Assembly (NCBI GenBank): GCA_030248215.1
Contig: JASANG010001414.1
Location: 248,001 to 312,000 of the forward strand
From: Enoplolaimus lenunculus
Taxonomy: Eukaryota
Reading direction: 5' to 3'
DNA: 64,000 nt
Below are positions 47,856 through 64,000 of this stretch, piece by piece. Both the position numbers and the translations under genes were made by a program. Positions within the stretch are counted from its first letter, which is position 1. Every line of letters starts with the position of its first letter. The notes beneath the pieces were generated by a model that was not told where the DNA came from, searched no databases, and saw only the letters and a program-made list of their open reading frames with translations.

Positions 47856-48616
47856 TAGGGATGGGCGGTCTCTGTCAAAAAAGCGAGACTGAGACCCAAC
47901 CCGCCGAGATCGAGGCTTTTGGTCTCGGTCTCGGCCAATTTTTAACGGTTACTAAAAATAAAAATAAATTTTTTTAAACAAAACTTTTGAATTACATTTT
48001 CTTCATACAATTAAAGTAATAAACCGCCCCAAAATATATATTTTTTACTTCTTTTTTCACTTGGTTTGTGTCGTCATACCCTTCGAACAGGTGCGGCACA
48101 ATTCACACGGTCTCAAATCACCCTCTGTAAAAATTCAGAGCTATAATGTTGTTTTTGCTCCAGGGCAAACCGAATAGATTGGAAAATTGTTTCTCAAAGC
48201 GTGACGTTATAAATGCGGAAGACATGGTACGGATGACCCATAATTTTTTTAACGATGCCTTAAATGTTTTAAACGCGAAAACGCAACTGTATGTGCTTTG
48301 TCACAATAAAATAAAAGTGTTTTGGTTTCCTTTCAAAAATAGAATTTGGGTAGCCGGAGGGGCTCCACAATCTTTCGCAGTCTGTGTTGGTAGGCGAAAT
48401 ATGCAAGTCACCTCTTCGGTCTCGATTTGCAAACCACCGAGACTGAAAAACGCGAGACCAAGACCAGCCAAATCCCGAGAGTTGCCGAGACCGAGATTGC
48501 CCATTTGGTTATCGCTTTTTCACCTTTTTGTATCGATTTGCAAACCACCGAGACTGAAAAAAGCACAACCGAGACCGAGACCAGCCAAATCATGCGACCG
48601 AGACCGCCCATCGCTG
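47856..48616. mobile_element. hAT-type MITE family B, nested in the TIR of a family-A-like element
   Basis: TIR TAGGGATGGGCGGTCTC / GAGACCGCCCATCGCTG, GAGACC subterminal repeats, and 8-bp TSD GCGACCGG/GCAACCAG. Confidence 0.8.
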
Positions 48617-48819
48617 GCAACCAGATACCCGGTTCCGGTTTATTATTCGGCTAAAACTAATATCCGTATCAGGCTCCGGTATCCGGTACAATGCATAGAG
48701 ACAAGTAATAACATCATGTTGATGCTGCACATCGGGAAAAATCACTGCTGCATACGTGGAAGATAATGTTGAGGTTTTTATAAGGCATAAAAACAGAAAA
48801 ATTCAGCAGTTGATTGTGA

Positions 48820-48892
48820 GGTAGCGTCGCTCAGTGGATAGCGCGCTGGACTGATAATCTGTCGACCGAGTTTGAAACCTCCTGGGAGCGTC
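48820..48892 (+). pseudogene. Degenerate tRNA-derived SINE head
   Basis: A-box-like TCGCTCAGTGG, GCGCGCTGGACT and B-box-like GTTTGAAAC. The stems are broken. Confidence 0.45.
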
Positions 48893-50157
48893 CCTCATTT
48901 TCCGCTGCTGAGAACTCTAAACTAAAAACTGTCGCACCCTAGCCTTACCAACTTATCACACCGGATATTTATGGTTGTAGTGCCGGTGCGGAATATCATA
49001 AAATTGTTTTTTACAAGTAAGCGTCTTTAATGTCTGGCTGCGATTCAAGTTTCGAAACGTTCTAGCTATTTTTCACTTACAGGAATTGAATTTCTTTGCA
49101 GGAACCGAAACAGGATCAGGAACTGGAATTTGAAATAATTTTCATCACCGAATTACTGCTGGTCTTTTTAGAAAACTTGTCAAAAAATGGCTTAAGCGAA
49201 TTTTCTTCGAGTTTTCCGAAAACAAATCAAACAGTATGTTAGTTGTTAGTTAATACAATCGTACGTCGAAATAACAATTTTCAAAGGCAAAGTTTCCAAT
49301 ATTAAAACGATTAGTAATAATCTGCCACAAAACCGTGAAAATTCCGATTCCTGCATCTTTGAATACTGGAACAAGAATAGAATTTTTGCAGAAATTCCGG
49401 TTGAACTCTGCAACCTAATTTACCTCAACTTGAACATCATAATTTTTAAACATATGCAATTCAAGCATGACGCGAGCGACTTCCAATAAGCGGAAAATAG
49501 CTGGGACCTTTTCCCACCCACGGTAGGGCCGCTAGTTCAGTTTCAGGAAATAACCTATTGCGCAAAGAAATGCCGAGATCAGTAAAACACTAATAGCTAT
49601 CAGATCTCACTAAGGTACCAGTAATTTTAGCAGTAGGGTCACATTTACAAAGTCCTTAAAGCTTTCAACTGATTTTAGTATAAATCAGTTCGAACTCTTG
49701 GTATACTATATAAAGTTTTTGCACCCTAGTCATTATGTCATTTTGCGGAACTGTTGTTTCAATATCACTACATATAAATTTTAGCTGCATGAGCATTAGT
49801 TTAAGTTAAATTTCGTTTTCTTTGCTATACTTACCACGCAAGTTTACCAAAAAGTCTAGGTTTGAACGGTAATTTAAGAGCTAAAGGTAAATTCTTAAGC
49901 TAAAACCCTACTGAGAATTTCGAAAACTGTGGGGGGCTATGCAACAGCCAATCACATAAGACTTAAGTTCAGACTATTTGTTTAGTATAAGGTGCTAAGA
50001 TGTAGCAAGAAAATAACCTGTTGTTTGTCTTTGCTTTGTCTTAAACGCATAGAATTCCAGGTTTCTAAACATTTGATTTTGTATTCTGATATAAAACTAC
50101 ATATATCGCATGAACCAGCATAGCTAGTGGTACAGAGTTTTACCGTTTATATACTTG

Positions 50158-51172
50158 AGCTCTATTCACACGTGCAAGTTTTTGTAGCGAGAACTTGCAG
50201 CAGGAAATTGCATGCTGAACTTGCATTTTTTCATCAGCCAATGAGAAAGCGGCTGCAATAAATTTAGTGGACTTGAATGATTATTCACACATGTGAACTA
50301 AATTCCTAGCTGTGATTTTTAATGAATTATTTGCAGCAGCAAGTTTTTCGAACGGGATTTTTGACAAAACTTGCAAGTGAATGTTGCATCTGCGAGTTCT
50401 CCCACCAAAAACTTGCACGTACAGCCCTATTCACACGTGCAAGTTTTTGCTGCGAGAACTTGCAGCTGCAACTTGCACGAAATACTTGCAGCTGCAAGTA
50501 TTTGTAAAGAATCATAACTTTCATTCTGAATCTTGACATGAATTTATGTGAATTATTTGCAGACCACTGCACTAAATATCAAACATAACCTATAATCTAT
50601 CAGTTTAGCCAATGATGATAAATGATTTCGACTTGCAGGATTATTCATACCTACGAATTAATTCTTCGCATATATTAATCATGAATAACTTGCAGCTGCA
50701 AGTTCTTCGAATGAATTTTTCAAAAAACTTGCGGCTGCAAGTTTCAGTTGTAAGAAACATTCATGCGCAAAGAAGGTTATACTCGAAATTTCTTGACTAG
50801 AAAAGGGTTTCATCGCGATGCAATCTTTGTTTAGTGCTTAAAAATTTAAAACTAGTCCCATTACTTTCGCCGTCTGCTGGGAAATATCAAACAAGTTAGA
50901 TATTTGAAATAATTCAAACTTCTTGAATAAATTCTATAGGTCTGAATTATTTCAAAAGGCGCTCAGCAACATGTCTTCTGATTCGCCAATGAAAATGCAA
51001 GTGCAAGAAATTCGAGCGATTTACGACGGCGTTCACACGTGCGAATTAAATTCAATCACTAATGAATAATTTGCAGCTGAAAGAACTTCAAATCTGCTTT
51101 GTGACCAAACTTGCACATGCAAGTTGCACGTGCAAGTTTTTGCTGCAAAAACTTGCACGTGTGAATAGGGCT
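50158..51172. mobile_element. PIF/Harbinger-like palindromic MITE upstream of beta-tubulin
   Basis: Long TIR AGC(T/C)CTATTCACACGTGCAAGTTTTTG at both ends, plus an internal third copy at about 50423. TGCAAG/CTTGCA repeats occur throughout, and the right flank is TAA. Confidence 0.7.
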
Positions 51173-51434
51173 TAAATCGGAAAACCAGGCCATTTTAATT
51201 CATGGGACCTGTATAATCAATCGGGTTTGATCAAATTCTCTCTGATCAATTTTTCGGTTCACACTCGCAGTGTTAGTATTAACTTATTTATTATATGCGA
51301 TTTTATTGCATGGCGTAAAATATAAGAAATAAAATCTAAAAGCCCACTCTCCCGAAAAAACATGGTACCGCCAATGTTAAATACATATTTTATATTAATA
51401 CATTATAGAAATCGCTTTGTATAAGTAAACCAAA

Positions 51435-59392
<7,958 letters not shown>

Positions 59393-61889
59393 GATGACAA
59401 GAGCTGCAATGCTTGCATGCTGTAACGGACGTGTGCAAGATGCAAACCAAAACGCGATTTCGGTTTGAATTCCTATTTAAATATAAATCAGCACCGATTG
59501 CACTTTCAATCAAAATTGCAATTTTTGAGCATATTACATTTTTGTTATTAGACCACGTAGCAGACTCTTGTATTTGATTTCCAATGCCCCTTTATCATAG
59601 TTTCTTTTTCATATGATTTGGTTTAGCTTTACAGCTTGGGCATTCCTTGGCTCGTAGTGTCGTTATTGCTTGTGATTTCGATGCCAATTTTGTGAAAATC
59701 GGAGGAAAGAAAAGTTTTCTTTTGCACAACACGTCGTTTTGTAACTATTGATTTTGCATTGAACAAATTAACACGGCTTAAGTTTGATTTTGGCTTAAGT
59801 GGACATTTTACTAAGGTTTTTAGCTGTAACTTAAATCAGATGTTTAAATAAAAACTTATGAATGCCATATTGATCGACTGTACTCCTGCAAACTGTTTTC
59901 TGGTTTAAGTACAAAATTCGATGAAGTGAGTGGTTGATTTTAGTTCAATCTCTGTAATCCAGCCAATGTTTGATTATAAAAACTGTTTTTGCATATTATT
60001 GTAGTTCGAGGTACTTATTTATGCATTGAGTGCAACGACTTGCTTAGGTACTGTTATATGTTTTGATTTCTGTTTGATACAATTATTGCACTCGTCGTGT
60101 TGCATATCTTTGATCGATTTGCTAGAAATCTCATGTCTAGTCGTCTAGTCACATTGTTTATACTCAAACAACGCACCATTGCTTGACTTAGTCATTCATT
60201 TACTTGTTTTGTATTATTTATTTATTATTATTATTGCGCAGTATTCTTTGCTTTTGATCTGGTTTTAAATTTAATGGTGCTATTTAGTATTTGGTTGCCC
60301 TGCTTTGTTTAATTGTTAGTGTGGTTATATCTTATCCGTTCTTTTGCCAATTTTTAGGTGGGTGGTATTAAGAATAAGAATCCGTAGTGTGATAAAGTGC
60401 GACGGTTGGCTCAACCGTTTCTTTCAATAAATACTCAGTGAAGGTAGTGTTGGTTTCGCTATTTGGTCTTGATCTGTTTACAAAACCGAGATTTATTTGT
60501 TTCCTACGTTATTGATTGAGAAAATGAGTTTTTGAGTAGTTTTCAAACAGACCCGTGTGCAAATATTTGGCTCACTAAATAAAGACAATATTCTGCAATT
60601 TTTATTGATATGCCTGAGGCATAGCTAAGGAAAGCTTTTCCCAAACTTAAGCCTTAGCTTAAGCATAAAATGTTGGGAACAGTGAACGAGACCAATGTTT
60701 GATATATCTTTCTTAAACACGGTGTATGATAAACATTGAATACTTATCTACGAACCGAAATTCTTTATTCTATTTTAACTACAAACACTATATAATACCA
60801 TCGTTTCTTATAATGCCATCGATTCTTTGTTTCGAAGGACATTATTTGCTAATGATTACACAGCGTTTTGTCGCAAAATTACCGTAGAAAAAGTAACTGT
60901 CAATGGTTTCCGTCGTATGCAAATAGTGATGTTGATATTTAGATTTGAAACAAGATAGCGACATTATGCTTCGATACATACGCATAATTAATTTGTTCTT
61001 GCTTAAATAGTTGCTGTATGTCTTAGAGATTTGCGCGTATAGTCTCGTATAAGGAGCATATTATGTTGATTGAACTGACGACCATTGCGAGGTTTGAAGG
61101 AACTGTTTCTGTGTAGTAGTTTAAAACTGTTTTGAGTATTTTCGTAAATGTACCTGTTGGTGGAAGGCGTTGTGTATTCAACTGATAATAGCTTAGCGTA
61201 GCATGATTTCTGCAGGATCTAACAATCCCAAAACAGGAATCAACAGAAATGAAATTTTCGTCAAACAGGAGCAGGTATTTAGTTTTTTTTTGCTGGAACA
61301 GGAGCTGGTATTCGAATTTGTTGTCATTTGGACCGGCGTGCATAGTTGAAGTTAGTAGCTAAAAAATTAAAGAAATGCTATGTTTCAGCAATTAAATTTT
61401 ATCCAGAATGCAAGAATTAATGCTGTCGCGTAATGGTGGAAGGTTAAGTAATCGGACAATAGTATAGTATTATATGTATAAAGATTTCAAATAGTTTATA
61501 TATAACTCATGACTATTCACTCATTCCCATAACTCGCACCAAGAGTTCTTAGTGTAGTAAAACATGAATTGTATTTCAATAGATATGTTTTGTGCTGCCG
61601 TTAAATGTTTTGGCCAGGTTGCCACACTGTCCACTCCGTAGTTGCGGCGCTGTATTCACTGCTGTGTTAAATGTTTCAGTGCTTTTTGTCTTCCTGTTGT
61701 GATTCTTTTTTTGTTTAAGTATGGGTTGTGTTGTAATCTTTATATACGTGCGTAGCTATAATGTATGTGTGCATAATTTTAAATTAATTTTGGAGAGCCA
61801 AATATTTTTTGTCAGACGCCTTGTTGGTCCTTATGCGCCGTTCACAATAATTCTGTCAACGGTGCTACAAAATATGCTATAGCACAGCA

Positions 61890-62018
61890 CAGGGCTATCA
61901 CGAGGTCGTTTACAAAACGAGTACGTGATAGCGTTGGGCTATAAGAGAAATCTCTTATAGCCCAGGCTATCACGTGTCAGCCCTTTTCTCGAAACTCGTG
62001 ATAGCCCTGGGCTATCAC
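61890..62018. repeat. Nested inverted-repeat (cruciform) element
   Basis: 15-bp perfect IR CAGGGCTATCACGAG (61890-61904) / CTCGTGATAGCCCTG (61995-62009), enclosing a perfect 14-bp IR (61935-61948 / 61951-61964). Confidence 0.8.
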
Positions 62019-64000
62019 AAAATTTCACCTTCTATATATATTTATATGAAAAGTTATTGTATAGCAGTTTTCAACATTGAAGACGTGTACGTACTTAGTT
62101 CAATAGTTCAAAACAAATTCTCAGATGTGCTCGTAACTACAGCTAACTGATTTCACCAGATAAACCAGTAAACTACAGATTGAAGTTTGGTCTGGAATAA
62201 GGATGAATTCGTTTTTAGTACATACATACATACATGTGTTTATATACGTTAAAATTGACATTTATGATATTATTATTATTTATTTTGATTGTTTTAATTT
62301 CATTACATAACCAGGCTTTAGTGTGTATATATATGTGACACATTTGACAACGTTGCTGCTTTTTGTGGCGTCTGACGTGTTGCTGGAAGCTATATCAACT
62401 GGTGGTGGTGTGCATTGTTGCGAGAGTATTGACAAAGGCGGTACCAGGGTTTGAGCTTGGGACGGTATAATTTTATGTTTAAAAATTTTTTATGACCGCT
62501 AGGATTTTGAATATTATGCTAAACTATGTTTTAAAGCAGTATGTTATCGTCGCTAGAGAAACTTCGGGACGGGATATGTTGTTATACCCTCTATTTTTTC
62601 CTTGTATACGCCCCGAGTATCGTTTAGCATTTTGACTTATTAATAATCAAATAGATATACTACTATACGACGATTGTACTGTGTATTTGGAGAAATCAAA
62701 CTAGGCCATCTGCAGGACGGGTGTCGTAATATAAATATTTTCGAAACAGTGGGGTGTGGTCGGTTTCTGGATGTAGTTCTAGGCGGGCATATTAAATCTT
62801 GTGTGGCACCTGCTGCCCAGTGGTTTTATTTTAAGCAAGTGAAAGGATGTTGTCTGAAATTCTAGAATCCACTGTGACGAATACTGAGTGTCCATTCATT
62901 GGGATAAACTGTATTTTAATTGGTTTTGAGATAGTATGATAACGAAAAGATATATATACTCCAGTGGTTGGCCAGAAAAATCAAATGAAAGTTAATAAAG
63001 CAATTTTCCATGAATTTTATCCTACGAATGCATTATCGAAAATAAGTGCTACAAGCAGGGTTCGACTGTACATCTAACTCTGGCAGAAAATCGATGTCAC
63101 AGCTCCAGTAGGTATAAAATGCATTGTCGGCTATTTGTTGCTGAAAAGTATACCGGAAATAACTTTATCTTGATATATATTTATGAGCTAAATCATATTT
63201 TGTAGTGACTTTTGTTTAAAATGGCCAAAAAGGTATACTAAGAAATACAACAATTAAGAAACTAAATTATATCAAATTATATTAAATACTATATTAGCGT
63301 AATTTATAGTGTTGAACCGATACAGTAAACTACCGATACACCGATATTTGGACGGCAATAGTAGATATGTCCAGTAGCCGGTTTGCGCTTAATTTGCCGG
63401 GGCCTGATTTTAAATGCAATTTTTGCCTGATTCGATGCGTCTTGAAAAATGTTTGTCGTTCATAAAATTCATAGAACATGTAACAATATATTATATAGAA
63501 TACTTTGGTTCGACTCAACATTTCACTTTTCGACAAAACGTGTGAAAAGAATTTTAAAAAAGCATTCATTTACCCCAATTGGTACCCCCGGCGCCGTAAA
63601 AATTCTGGCCCTGGGGCAACTGTAATCGGTACGATATGTGCTGAGTTGAGATTTACACAAATACAACAAAACTACTTGTTGTCTATTGGTTATGAAACAT
63701 TAGTGGACACATTTTATCTTCCTAAGAAGTCGATAGTATATATGTTCTAGCCCAAGCCGTAATTCAGCCCAATTCCGAGTTTGGCTAGCCCACGGCGTAC
63801 TTCTTTCTCTGCTACATGTGCACGCCTTGTGATTGGTTACTCCATTAATGCTATACTCAAATACGATTATCTGATGCGAATACTCTGTTCTGATTGGCTA
63901 AGTAATCGTTAAGTATAAGTAAAATCGTTAAGTATCTGTTGACTATTAAGCAGTTTGTTTTACTAAGCTAATTTGGCGCTGTCAAGTAACCAATCAGAAA

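Noticed and set aside
59393..64000. Additional protein-coding gene downstream of beta-tubulin
   Set aside because: Only short ORFs with non-coding composition and repeat fragments are present, with no recognisable exon chain.

Overview
AT-rich, intron-rich eukaryotic genomic DNA, most likely from an invertebrate animal. The frequent TTTTAG/TTTCAG acceptors are compatible with a nematode, but the taxon is only an inference. I reconstructed three spliced genes by hand from splice sites and reading-frame phase. (1) The 3' part of the cohesin loader subunit MAU2/Scc4 (+ strand, 13 exons visible, 108-6244). (2) An apparently complete Mask/ANKHD1/ANKRD17 orthologue (- strand, 47776-8351, about 34 coding exons, about 3,795 aa). 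It has two ankyrin clusters, a KH domain, two GC-AG introns and one 4.7-kb exon. (3) A complete beta-tubulin (+ strand, 10 exons, 51435-59392, 449 aa), transcribed divergently from Mask. Introns and intergenic DNA are dense with mobile elements: a 3.2-kb I-group/Ingi-like LINE (APE-RT-RNase H-CCHC) whose RT catalytic core is deleted, a second LINE 3' remnant, several hAT-type MITE families with 8-bp TSDs (one nested), a G-tract-rich TIR element with 5-bp TSDs, Harbinger-like MITEs, DINE-1/HINE-like elements and tRNA-derived heads. No CRISPR or prokaryotic system is present. The strongest unexplained signal is a ~170-nt multi-stem, possibly pseudoknotted element at 41994-42160 in a Mask intron, which folds best on the host-transcribed strand. 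Homology calls rest on recalled family motifs, not database searches.
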